Positions 17,281 to 26,469 of a DNA stretch of 64,000 nt are shown piece after piece. Numbering within the stretch: position 1 is the stretch's first letter; the number at the start of each line of letters is the position of its first letter. The position numbers were made by a program, and so were the translations under genes. Under the pieces are notes generated by a model that worked only from the letters and a program-made list of their open reading frames with translations, was not told where the DNA came from and ran no database searches. The stretch is from Bacteroidota bacterium (GTDB lineage: Bacteria > Bacteroidota > Bacteroidia > Cytophagales > Cyclobacteriaceae), in assembly GCA_039198955.1 (NCBI GenBank), contig JBCCTI010000031.1, positions 2,046 through 66,045 of the forward strand, read 5' to 3'.

Positions 17281-17661
17281 ATGAATAACAAGAAGCATTT
17301 ACAACTAAATGATATTGATGCCTATAAAGCTGCTTTTAGCTTGAGTAATAAGGTATGGAGCATCATAACACGGTGGGATCATTTTAGTAAAAATACTGTA
17401 GGCATTCAGTTTGTCCGCTCAGTAGATTCAGTATCCGCGAATTTAGCGGAGGGATTTGGACGCTACGGGAAGAAAGATAAAATTAAATTCTGTCGCTATG
17501 CTTTAGCCTCAGCGTACGAATCCCTAGATTGGAATGAAAAGTCTAAAGCAAGATGCTTAATTACAACAGATATATACGAAGTGAATTTCCTAGAGCTGCA
17601 AAAATTACCTAAAGCCATAAACGCTTTAATAAAATTCACCAACAGCCATTTGACCATTTAA
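17281..17661 (+). CDS. Four-helix-bundle protein (23S rRNA IVS-protein family), second copy
   Basis: QFVRSVDSVSANLAEGFGRY...KIKFCRYALASAYESLDW; flanked by short tandem repeats. Confidence 0.88.
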   Translation: MNNKKHLQLNDIDAYKAAFSLSNKVWSIITRWDHFSKNTVGIQFVRSVDSVSANLAEGFGRYGKKDKIKFCRYALASAYESLDWNEKSKARCLITTDIYEVNFLELQKLPKAINALIKFTNSHLTI

Positions 17662-17682
17662 CAATTCTAGCCATTTCGAAAA

Positions 17683-18684
17683 ATGAAATCCATCCTTAAC
17701 AATCTCATTGAATATAAATCTTTAGACAAACAAGCAGCTAAAGAGATCTTAGTCCGTTTAGCCCAAGGCGAATTCAACCAAAGCCAGATGGCGGCCTTTC
17801 TCACTGTATTTCTAATGCGGAGCATTACCGTAGAAGAACTGGAAGGCTTCCAAGAAGCAATGCTGGAGCTTTGTGTTCCTTTAAACATCGCTGAGTACGA
17901 TGCCATTGACCTCTGTGGTACAGGGGGCGACGGAAAAAACACCTTCAATATTTCTACTACGGCTTCTTTTGTAGTAGCGGGAGCGGGACAAAACGTAGCC
18001 AAACACGGTAACAACGGAGTATCATCGGTTTGTGGGTCGTCCAATCTACTAGCTCATTTTGGCTATAAGTTTACCAATGATACTAATATCCTGAAGCAAA
18101 GCTTAGATCAAGCCGGCATCTGTTTTTTGCACGCCCCGCTATTTCATCCGGCTATGAAGAATGTGGCTCCGGTACGCCGTGAGCTAGGGATGAAAACCTT
18201 TTTCAATATGCTCGGCCCGATGGTAAACCCTTCATTTCCGAAGAAACAACTGGTGGGGGTTTTTAATCTGGAGCTCGCTCGTTTGTATGCCTACCTTTTT
18301 CAGAAAAGTGATAAGCAATTTGTCATTCTTCACTCACTGGATGGCTACGACGAAATCTCACTCACGGGTCCGTTCCGCATGATTACTAACGAAGGCGAAT
18401 ACCTGCTGCGCCCTGAGGACCTAGGATTTCAAACCCATCGCTCAGAAGACCTATACGGTGGGGCAACGGTGGAGGATTCAGCTCAGATATTTCTGAATAT
18501 CTTAAATGGAAAGGGGACTCTGGCTCAGCGAGAAGCAGTTATAGCCAACGCGGGTATGGCCATTCATTGCGGTAACCCTTCGCTTACTTTGGAAGAAAGT
18601 ATCCAGCGCGCCCAGACTTCATTAGAATCAGGTAAAGCTCAGCAAACCTTCCAACGGTTAGTGGGTAATCATGCTTCAGCCTAA
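17683..18684 (+). CDS. trpD: Anthranilate phosphoribosyltransferase
   Basis: DLCGTGGDG, FNIST, KHGN, FLHAPLFHPAMK, TFFNMLGP and DGYDE. Confidence 0.95.
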   Translation: MKSILNNLIEYKSLDKQAAKEILVRLAQGEFNQSQMAAFLTVFLMRSITVEELEGFQEAMLELCVPLNIAEYDAIDLCGTGGDGKNTFNISTTASFVVAGAGQNVAKHGNNGVSSVCGSSNLLAHFGYKFTNDTNILKQSLDQAGICFLHAPLFHPAMKNVAPVRRELGMKTFFNMLGPMVNPSFPKKQLVGVFNLELARLYAYLFQKSDKQFVILHSLDGYDEISLTGPFRMITNEGEYLLRPEDLGFQTHRSEDLYGGATVEDSAQIFLNILNGKGTLAQREAVIANAGMAIHCGNPSLTLEESIQRAQTSLESGKAQQTFQRLVGNHASA

Positions 18685-19355
18685 TGTTATACTGGCTTAC
18701 CAATGAGTTAGTATTTCCTCCGGTAGAGCTTGCCGAGGATTGGGGTGGTCTAGCTTTAGGCGGTGACCTTTCCCCCGAACGTCTGCTACTGGCCTACCAA
18801 TCCGGAATATTTCCCTGGTACGAAGATGGTCAACCCATAATTTGGCACGCGCCTGATCCTCGCTTTGTATTATTCCCGCATAAGCTACATATTCCCCGCA
18901 GTCTGCGTCCCTTGCTTAATCAGAAGAAGTTTACAATTACCTACGACACCGCTTTCCGAAAAGTCATTCGGCAGTGCCAGCGGGTGAAACGTCCCGACCA
19001 GCCCGGTACCTGGATTACTGAAGAAATGCTGGAAGCTTACTGTAAGCTACACGAATTAGGTTACGCCCATTCAGTAGAAGCCTGGCAGCAGGATAAGCTC
19101 GTCGGCGGTCTGTACGGCATCTCCTTAGGCAAAGTATTTTTTGGTGAGTCTATGTTTTCCCTCGTCAACAATGCTTCAAAGGCAGCCTTTGTCACGCACG
19201 TTTTAGATTTGGCTAAGCAGGATTTCTTACTTGTTGACTGCCAGGTAGCTACTCCGCATCTACAACGCTTCGGGGCTGAAGACATTCCTCGCTCCCAATA
19301 CATGCAGTTACTTTACACTGCACTCCAGCCAAATGCATCTCATAACCGAGGCTAG
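18684..19355 (+). CDS. aat: Leucyl/phenylalanyl-tRNA-protein transferase
   Basis: GGDLSPERLLLAYQSGIFPW, TWIT, AHSVEAW, GGLYG, FFGESMF and ASK; TAATG overlap with trpD. Confidence 0.93.
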   Translation: MLYWLTNELVFPPVELAEDWGGLALGGDLSPERLLLAYQSGIFPWYEDGQPIIWHAPDPRFVLFPHKLHIPRSLRPLLNQKKFTITYDTAFRKVIRQCQRVKRPDQPGTWITEEMLEAYCKLHELGYAHSVEAWQQDKLVGGLYGISLGKVFFGESMFSLVNNASKAAFVTHVLDLAKQDFLLVDCQVATPHLQRFGAEDIPRSQYMQLLYTALQPNASHNRG

Positions 19356-19560
19356 CCTCATCAGAAACACCCTTTAAATACCGATTTTATTCGCATTTCC
19401 CCTTTCAAACTTACCTAAGGGAGGACTGACTAGCTTGCTATTAGCGCCAATTTGGGGATAAACATTACCTGCGACAGCTTTTGCCTAAAACCTACCGCGA
19501 ATACCAGTACTTACTTCGTAGATTTATTATTCTTTAATATGATGATAGTTTAATTTTTAC

Positions 19561-21795
19561 ATGCATCTATTTTCTAAGGCAGATATATTTGCTTCGTCTT
19601 CCCCAGAAGTACTAGATAGCCTACCTCTGCCTACGTTATTGGTAGATCCTACGGGTAGAATTGAGTACGTTAATCTTCCGGTTTGTGAATTACTGGAAGA
19701 AGAGGCTGGACACCTGATTGGCCGTCCTTTTCTGCAAGGTCCTTGGCTACTGATGCACCCTGATAATACCGCAATAGAGTCAGCTGTGGAGCTGATTGCT
19801 GACTTACCCCACACCCGAAAAACTATCAGTGGAAAAAAATTTGGTCTCATCTTCAAAACTGGTACGCTGTGGCTAGACCTTTACGCCCAACCCCAGTTTT
19901 CAGAAAATGATGACTATACAGGAGTAGTGATTACTCTGATAGATGTTACCGAAAGTACTGAAAAAGAATTGAGGTTCTCTCACCAGTCAGAGCGGTTGCG
20001 ATCAGTACCTGAGCACCAAACTCACTATATAATCCGCACCGACTTAGAGGGGAATTTCTTGTATCTTAACCACGCGGCTGCGACTCAGTTTGACCGAGGG
20101 GAGGAAGAAGATGTATTCCGCTCACTAAATTATCTTACTGATCCGGTATACGCTATCCGATGTATTAAGGCGGCCGCCTATTGCATAGATCACCCCGGCA
20201 GCCATCGGCATATTGAGATTCGATGCTACAATAAAGACCGCGAGTACTTCTGGACCGCCTGGGAACTGGTAGGCATTACGGATAAAACTGGTGAAGTTGT
20301 TGAAATTCAGGCAGTAGGACACGATATTTCTAAGAAGAAACGCATGGCCGATCTGTTGGGAGAAACCAGTCAGATGGCCCGGATCGGGGGTTGGGAGATC
20401 AGTAGTTTCGCTCAGAAAGTTAGCTGGACGCCTGAGACCTACCGCATTCACGATATTCCCGAGGGCACTCCTATTTCGCTGCGGAAAGCTATTGAATTTT
20501 TTGATCTTGAATATCAATCTGTTTTGCGCCAAGCCTACCGGAAGCTTATCACCAAAGGCGAACCGTTTGACCTTCGTTTGAAAATGCTAACGGCACTGAA
20601 ACGAGAGTTGTGGGTACGGGTAATTGGTCAGCAGGAAAGCGTACACGGCAATTTTGTGCGGGCTTACGGCGTGATACAAGATATTACTGAGGTTCAGCGC
20701 TCTAAGGAAAAAATCAAACACCGGGAATGGCTATTTCAGTCGGTATTTAACAGTACTGCCGATGCTTTGTTCATTATCAATGAATCCTACAAAATTATTG
20801 ACTGCAACCAAAATGCTTTACGCATGCTGGAGGTTGATGATAAAGAAACACTGCTGGGCACTGACGCCACTAGCTTTCAGAAAGAACCTTATCAGGAGGA
20901 TACCATAGCGACTATTCGGAAAACAATTAGTAAAACGGGGGTATGGACTAATGAGGTTGAGTTTATATCTAAGCAAGGACGGCTTTTTTGGGGCAGTCTG
21001 GCGATTACTACTTTTCCTAAGATGGGCTATAGTGTAGTACGGGTCACAGATATTACCGATAAGAAGGAAGCGGAGGCTTTGCTGGTAGAAAGTAATCAAA
21101 ATCTACTCAAAGCCAATAAAGAGCTAGACCGCTTCGTATACAGTGTCTCGCATGATCTTCGGGCACCGCTTACTTCAATACTGGGGCTCATTAGCCTGAC
21201 TGAGATGGAAAATATGAGTGATCAGGTTCGGGATTATCTAAAGCATATGGAGAAAAGTGCTCATCGCCTAGATGATTTCATTAAAGACCTTACCTATTTT
21301 TCGCGCAACGCCCGCTTACAAGTACTCTCAGAACCTATTGAAATCGAAAAGCTTATCAACGAACTTTTTGAGCAGTATCAATTCATGGATTTTCACTCTC
21401 CGGTAAAAACCTATCTAGAGATAGACCAAGGTTGCGTTTTCCATTCTGACCGAAGCCGCTTGCAAATTGTGTTAGGTAACATCATTTCCAATGCGATGAA
21501 ATACCGGATGGAGCGCAAAGACACTGAGTCATACGTAAGGGTCAACGTCAAAATTAACGAAAGAGAGGCGGTCATTCACATTGAAGATAACGGAATAGGC
21601 ATTCCCGATGAGCACCAGCCTAAGGTTTTTGATATGTTTTACCGAGCCGACGATTATAAACCGGGGTCAGGCCTGGGGCTTTATATTGTCAAGGAAACCA
21701 TGGATAAACTACAAGGTTTGATTACGCTTACTTCTGAGCAAGACCAAGGTACATCATTCACCTTACGCCTACCCCAACTTTCCCTTACACCCTAG
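19561..21795 (+). CDS. Cytoplasmic multi-PAS sensor histidine kinase
   Basis: Several PAS/PAC repeats, FVYSVSHDLRAPL (H-box), NIISNAMKY, DNGIGI and GSGLGL. Confidence 0.9.
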   Translation: MHLFSKADIFASSSPEVLDSLPLPTLLVDPTGRIEYVNLPVCELLEEEAGHLIGRPFLQGPWLLMHPDNTAIESAVELIADLPHTRKTISGKKFGLIFKTGTLWLDLYAQPQFSENDDYTGVVITLIDVTESTEKELRFSHQSERLRSVPEHQTHYIIRTDLEGNFLYLNHAAATQFDRGEEEDVFRSLNYLTDPVYAIRCIKAAAYCIDHPGSHRHIEIRCYNKDREYFWTAWELVGITDKTGEVVEIQAVGHDISKKKRMADLLGETSQMARIGGWEISSFAQKVSWTPETYRIHDIPEGTPISLRKAIEFFDLEYQSVLRQAYRKLITKGEPFDLRLKMLTALKRELWVRVIGQQESVHGNFVRAYGVIQDITEVQRSKEKIKHREWLFQSVFNSTADALFIINESYKIIDCNQNALRMLEVDDKETLLGTDATSFQKEPYQEDTIATIRKTISKTGVWTNEVEFISKQGRLFWGSLAITTFPKMGYSVVRVTDITDKKEAEALLVESNQNLLKANKELDRFVYSVSHDLRAPLTSILGLISLTEMENMSDQVRDYLKHMEKSAHRLDDFIKDLTYFSRNARLQVLSEPIEIEKLINELFEQYQFMDFHSPVKTYLEIDQGCVFHSDRSRLQIVLGNIISNAMKYRMERKDTESYVRVNVKINEREAVIHIEDNGIGIPDEHQPKVFDMFYRADDYKPGSGLGLYIVKETMDKLQGLITLTSEQDQGTSFTLRLPQLSLTP

Positions 21796-22742
21796 CTTTT
21801 TGGTAGAAAGACTTCGGCCATCATACACCGGGCACTACCCCCACCGCAGGACTCAATGGTGTTAAGCGGGCTGTGTACAATGTCAGTATATCGCTTAATT
21901 TGCTTAATTTGTTCTTGATTAAGTGAATTGTACGCCTGTTCAGACATTACTAATAACTTCTCGCCCTGCTGATTCTTTACTTGCAGCATATTTCCCGCAA
22001 ACTGGTTGCACTGCTCTTCGCTAATCAGGATGACTTCTTTATCCGTATCCTGAATAATTTGTAAGATATCCTTTTGCTCCCAGGTATTTTTCAGGGCATC
22101 AGCGCAGAATATGGCGAAGTCTTCCCCGATGCTCATCATCACGTTAGTATGATAAATTTCGGCAAAGCCATCATCGATCATTTGGGAAGCAATAAACACA
22201 ATGGGGCGATAGCCAAACTCCTGGCAAAACTCAGAAAGTAAATGCAGATGGGTCCGGGGCGAAACGCAGGCGTAGGCGATTCGGTTCTTACGGTCGAGGA
22301 CCATGCTACCGGTTCCTTCCAGAAACTTTTCTTCCGCCTCAAAATAGGAATAATCAATTTTCCGCCGAATAGAATACCTGTGTTGTTGGATGAGGGGCGA
22401 TAAAATATCGTCGCGCCGCTCTTTCCGGCGGTTGGGTGCCCACATGGGATAGGTAACCACTGTACCATCCTGATGAAAGGAAATCCAGTTATTGGGAAAG
22501 ATAGAATCGGGCGTCTCTTTCTCGGCGGTATCATCTACGGTAATTACCTTCACCCCGCGCTGAGTGAGCGTATTTACCAACTGATTAAATTCCTCTAATG
22601 CCCGATACTGAATTTCTTCTGGAGGCACATCGCCCAACTCCCGTTGGTAATGATTATTTACTGCAGTCTCTACATTGTACCCGAACTTCACCGGGCGGAT
22701 CATCAGAAGTGTATCGGTAAGTTGTTGATTATCTTTTGTCAA
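21792..22742 (-). CDS. ctlX: Citrulline utilization hydrolase CtlX (amidinotransferase superfamily)
   Basis: LMIRPVKFGYN.ETA.NN, TPDSIFPNNW, LEGTGSMVLDR, YHTNVMM and GGGSARCMMAE; TTG start. Confidence 0.85.
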   Translation of the reverse strand: MTKDNQQLTDTLLMIRPVKFGYNVETAVNNHYQRELGDVPPEEIQYRALEEFNQLVNTLTQRGVKVITVDDTAEKETPDSIFPNNWISFHQDGTVVTYPMWAPNRRKERRDDILSPLIQQHRYSIRRKIDYSYFEAEEKFLEGTGSMVLDRKNRIAYACVSPRTHLHLLSEFCQEFGYRPIVFIASQMIDDGFAEIYHTNVMMSIGEDFAIFCADALKNTWEQKDILQIIQDTDKEVILISEEQCNQFAGNMLQVKNQQGEKLLVMSEQAYNSLNQEQIKQIKRYTDIVHSPLNTIESCGGGSARCMMAEVFLPKS

Positions 22743-22839
22743 TGGTTCGATTGTTGGATTGCCCTATTACTCGATGGCTAAATTGCTGATTGCTGAAGTT
22801 GTTCTTAGTTCTCACCTTTCTCCCTTCTCCCGTTTTCCG
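22743..22839. repeat. Intergenic spacer made entirely of 8-mer and 7-mer repeat arms
   Basis: AATGGTTC GATTGTTG GATTGCCC ... GATGGCTA AATTGCTG ATTGCTG, then CTCACCT TTCTCCC TTCTCCC GTTTTCC. Confidence 0.8.
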
Positions 22840-24327
22840 TCAAACCACCACATCTAAATCATCGCGTAGCAGTGGCATACTCATGCAGTGGGTGCCACCC
22901 CGGGCCCGGGAGAGTTCGCCGGAGGGTAATAAAATCAGCGTATCCCCGGTCACAACCTCATCGACAGACTTGCCTTGTTCTACCTGCTCAATAATCTCAG
23001 CAGAGCGCATCACAGCAAAGCCCCGCTTACGAAACTCTTCTTCGGTCTTGATATTGCGGTCGTAGCCGATGATGACGCCTTCTCGAACGGCTAAAAAGTT
23101 ACAGGCATCAGTCCACTGTTCGCGCTCACTGTAAGGAAACTCCCCACCTGCACTCGGAATAATCTCACAAGTAGTTGCCCCGAAATCCTCTCGGCTAATT
23201 TGCCTCAGCAAGTCATCCAGGTAATCCATCCGGTTGGTAGCAATACTGTAAGTGCCTCCTGCCTGTTCCTGACGGACAAATTGTACTACCTCTACTTGGT
23301 GAGTGGGTTCAATGGTTTGTTTACCCTGAATGGCTCCGGTCACATTGAAGCCTAAATTACGATTGATTTCCTGCTTGGTAAACGGACTAAAGACAATCCA
23401 GGTATCTCGCTTTACCTGGGTAAAAACCGTATCAATATGCATGTAGGCCCGACGACGGGGAATTTTGATCACCGAAATTTTCTGTACCAAATTACGCTGA
23501 AAAAGTTTCTCAACCAGTTGTTCAACCGCAGGTAGCGAAGTGCGTTCGCTCAACCCTACCAGCAAGTGCCCCGGACTAATCATCATTATATCGCCTCCCT
23601 CTATAGTCACTACCTTTTGCTGGGTTTCTTCTTCGCTGGAAATATAGAATAAATTGGGCTCCTGTAACTCAATTACTTGTTGCGCTAGTTCATCGGCTTC
23701 CTGACTAGTTTTTTGCCGCAACAGTTCAAAGTGGGCTATGTATTTAAAAATTAATGCTTCGCGGTCGCGGGCATCTTCGTAAGGTTTACTGAGCAAAATA
23801 TGGTCGTGAACAGTAATACCGATATCACGGGTAAAGATCAGGTTGGGCACCGGCGGAAACAGGATAATTTCCTGCCCATTTTTATCTCTCAGGATACCGG
23901 TAATCAGTACCGAAGCCAATTGCTCCGGGCTCATACCCAGCAACTGCTTCTGGGTACGCAACCCACATTTTTCCAGAGCGCATACTGAAGGAACTAGCAG
24001 ATATTTTATGTCTTCGTACTGAAGGATTCGCACCAGCATTTGCTCTACACTCAGCACTTTATCAGACTCAAACCAGTTATTTTTTACCGATAATTGATAG
24101 TCAGGATCACTGGCTTTGCCCTGGATTTTTTCCGGATCGAGAAAACACAGCAATACTCGCAGGTACTCGCTGTACTCCTGCTGCATCTTGTCTAGGTACA
24201 CAATGTCGTCGTACAGTAGCTGGTCTTTAATACGGGGAACAATCTTACCAATTCCCGCATCAGGACTGTGAATAAGCAGGCGTTTCAGTCGCCCAACTTC
24301 GGATGTTACGTGAATATCATGAACCAT
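22840..24327 (-). CDS. arcA: Arginine deiminase family protein
   Basis: VTSEVGRL, L.DDI, PNLIFTRD, IEGGD, MHIDTVF, EQW.D..N and RARGGTHCMSMPL. Confidence 0.85.
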   Translation of the reverse strand: MVHDIHVTSEVGRLKRLLIHSPDAGIGKIVPRIKDQLLYDDIVYLDKMQQEYSEYLRVLLCFLDPEKIQGKASDPDYQLSVKNNWFESDKVLSVEQMLVRILQYEDIKYLLVPSVCALEKCGLRTQKQLLGMSPEQLASVLITGILRDKNGQEIILFPPVPNLIFTRDIGITVHDHILLSKPYEDARDREALIFKYIAHFELLRQKTSQEADELAQQVIELQEPNLFYISSEEETQQKVVTIEGGDIMMISPGHLLVGLSERTSLPAVEQLVEKLFQRNLVQKISVIKIPRRRAYMHIDTVFTQVKRDTWIVFSPFTKQEINRNLGFNVTGAIQGKQTIEPTHQVEVVQFVRQEQAGGTYSIATNRMDYLDDLLRQISREDFGATTCEIIPSAGGEFPYSEREQWTDACNFLAVREGVIIGYDRNIKTEEEFRKRGFAVMRSAEIIEQVEQGKSVDEVVTGDTLILLPSGELSRARGGTHCMSMPLLRDDLDVVV

Positions 24328-24331
24328 GTGG

Positions 24332-24339
24332 CAAAGGTA
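24332..24339 (-). promoter_or_regulatory. -7 element TACCTTTG, 4 nt before the arcA ATG
   Basis: The minus strand reads TACCTTTG CCAC ATG. Confidence 0.55.
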
Positions 24340-24344
24340 ATTAA

Positions 24345-24370
24345 CAATGGGCAATGGGCAATGGGCAATG
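24345..24370. repeat. Perfect heptamer tandem (CAATGGG)x3.7
   Basis: Directly read; further TCAA(C/T)-type degenerate heptamers extend to about 24460. Confidence 0.9.
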
Positions 24371-24561
24371 CATGTTCTGGCTGGTCGGCATTCCGATTGA
24401 CTGGAAAACCATCGTGAGTTGATAGCGCACGGTGCCCGATTGACGAGGGATAGTTGAAATCGGAAGACACAAAAAAGAAAAGGGTTTTGGCAAATGAGTT
24501 ACGAATTTGTTCATAGCACTCACTAATGGTAAATACTTTATAACTATCAATTTTCCAAACC

Positions 24562-25404
24562 ATGAAAAAGAATCATCAACACCCCTCACTATCATTACTT
24601 AGCACAATCGTATTTGCTGTCATAATTTTGGTAGCGAGCTGCTCGCAAGAAAGCGACACCATTACCCCCCAGGAATTACCAGATAGTTCTGGAAAAGAGC
24701 TTTCACTATCGGTTCAAGCCCCGACTGCAGCCCAAAGTCCAGTTTTATCGCAAACCCATGAAGTAACTGATCTGCTACCATTCCCTGGTAAATCATCTTC
24801 TAGTTTCAGTGCTAGAACCGACGGCTACGGCGTGACTGATTACGTAGACTTTAACGATGAAATGGCCCTGATGATTATTCCTGATCAGGCCAAGTTCACA
24901 TTTGCCCCCGCTCCCTATTATATTCAGAAGGTAGGAAACGCTTGGGTGCACGTGAAGGAAAATAGTGGCCCTGGCTACAATCCGGCATTTACCAGCGATT
25001 ATAAGCATTACCATCTTAGCTACAGTGGTGAGTTTTGCATCACCCCCAACGGCAAGCCCGGAAAAATGGTGAACGGGAATTGTGTAGAAATCAGTAATCC
25101 CACCAAAGAACCCCGTTCTTTAGATACTCACGCCGAAGATCAGTGGATAAAAATATACGCGTACGACTATAATAGTTCTCAACGAGTATTTGACCTACTC
25201 AGTATTAAAATTACGAATGGCCCAGTTCAGCTATGGTTCAAAAAAAAGAACGGGGGTTGGCTACGCTGGTCAAGCTTAGGGACAGGCACCTGGAACCTTT
25301 CTTCTTACTGCACCGATATTACCCAAGTACTTATTTCGGCCAGCAACGGTACTTACGGTAGCGTTGGGTTTGACAATGTGAAAGTAAAGATGCCCTACAA
25401 CTAG
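24562..25404 (+). CDS. Uncharacterised lipoprotein
   Basis: Lipobox LVASC, low-complexity linker, then an aromatic- and Gly-rich, probably beta-rich domain. Confidence 0.7.
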   Translation: MKKNHQHPSLSLLSTIVFAVIILVASCSQESDTITPQELPDSSGKELSLSVQAPTAAQSPVLSQTHEVTDLLPFPGKSSSSFSARTDGYGVTDYVDFNDEMALMIIPDQAKFTFAPAPYYIQKVGNAWVHVKENSGPGYNPAFTSDYKHYHLSYSGEFCITPNGKPGKMVNGNCVEISNPTKEPRSLDTHAEDQWIKIYAYDYNSSQRVFDLLSIKITNGPVQLWFKKKNGGWLRWSSLGTGTWNLSSYCTDITQVLISASNGTYGSVGFDNVKVKMPYN

Positions 25405-25424
25405 TATACTAACCAAACAACTCG

Positions 25425-25472
25425 ATCCAGGTGGCCATTTACTACTGAGAAGCTACCTGGATTCTTTTTTTT
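25425..25472 (+). terminator. Rho-independent terminator
   Basis: ATCCAGGTGGC...GCTACCTGGAT stem followed by a T-run. Confidence 0.75.
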
Positions 25473-25660
25473 GATGCCTTTGATTTTCGCCTTTTTTCTC
25501 ATGGGTTTGATCAGAAACCGAAATCGATGAATTGCTACGCCTACTTTACTTTGGTTTTCCTACCTTTACCAAATTAACCTACTATTGGAATTGATTCATA
25601 AAATAGTTTCGGACAATATTTTATTCGTTATCAACTTTCCATTTTCAATTATTAGCTGGT

Positions 25661-26464
25661 ATGAGCATTCTCAATACTATTGTCGCGCGAAAAAAGGAGG
25701 AAATAGCCGAACGGAAAACGCGGCTTGGTACGACTGAACTAGAGAAAAGTCCCTTCTTTCATCGGGATACATATTCTCTTTCCCAATCCTTGCGAAAAGC
25801 GAGTCCGGGCATCATTGCTGAATTTAAGCGTAAGTCGCCTTCCAAGGGCATTATTAACGATCAGGCTGATGTAGCAGAAACTACGCAAGGCTACGTACAA
25901 GCCGGGGCAGCCGCCCTCTCGGTACTTACTGATGTTGATTTTTTTGCGGGCAATGACGGAGATCTTTGTATTGCCCGTGCTCGTAACCAAGTGCCTATTC
26001 TTCGCAAGGATTTTACCATTGATGAATATCAGGTAGTGGAAGCTAAGGCGTTGGGTGCAGATGCTATTTTACTGATCGCCGCCATTCTCCCACCACCCCG
26101 AGTACTGGCGTTGGCTCAGCAAGCCCATCAGCTAGGCTTAGAAGTATTATTAGAAGTCCATAACGAAGAGGAATTACGTCAGACAGCCCTCAACAAAACG
26201 ATCAGCCCGTTTCTGGATGTGGTCGGCGTGAATAATCGTGACCTAAAAACGTTCAACACGACTATTGAAACCTCCATACGGCTAGCGGAATTAATGCCTA
26301 ATAACCTGGTAAAAATCTCTGAAAGTGGTATCAATGCCCCCGCTAATATCCGCACTTTAATGGAGCATGGATACCAGGGCTTTCTGATTGGTGAATACTT
26401 TATGAAACAAAATAATCCCGCTCAGGCCTGCGGTAATTTTATTCAAGAACTAACGGCAAATTAA
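25661..26464 (+). CDS. trpC: Indole-3-glycerol-phosphate synthase
   Basis: IIAEFKRKSPSKG, LSVLTD, LRKDF, GADAILLI, LEVH, GVNNRDL and SESGI. Confidence 0.95.
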   Translation: MSILNTIVARKKEEIAERKTRLGTTELEKSPFFHRDTYSLSQSLRKASPGIIAEFKRKSPSKGIINDQADVAETTQGYVQAGAAALSVLTDVDFFAGNDGDLCIARARNQVPILRKDFTIDEYQVVEAKALGADAILLIAAILPPPRVLALAQQAHQLGLEVLLEVHNEEELRQTALNKTISPFLDVVGVNNRDLKTFNTTIETSIRLAELMPNNLVKISESGINAPANIRTLMEHGYQGFLIGEYFMKQNNPAQACGNFIQELTAN

Positions 26465-26469
26465 GAAAA

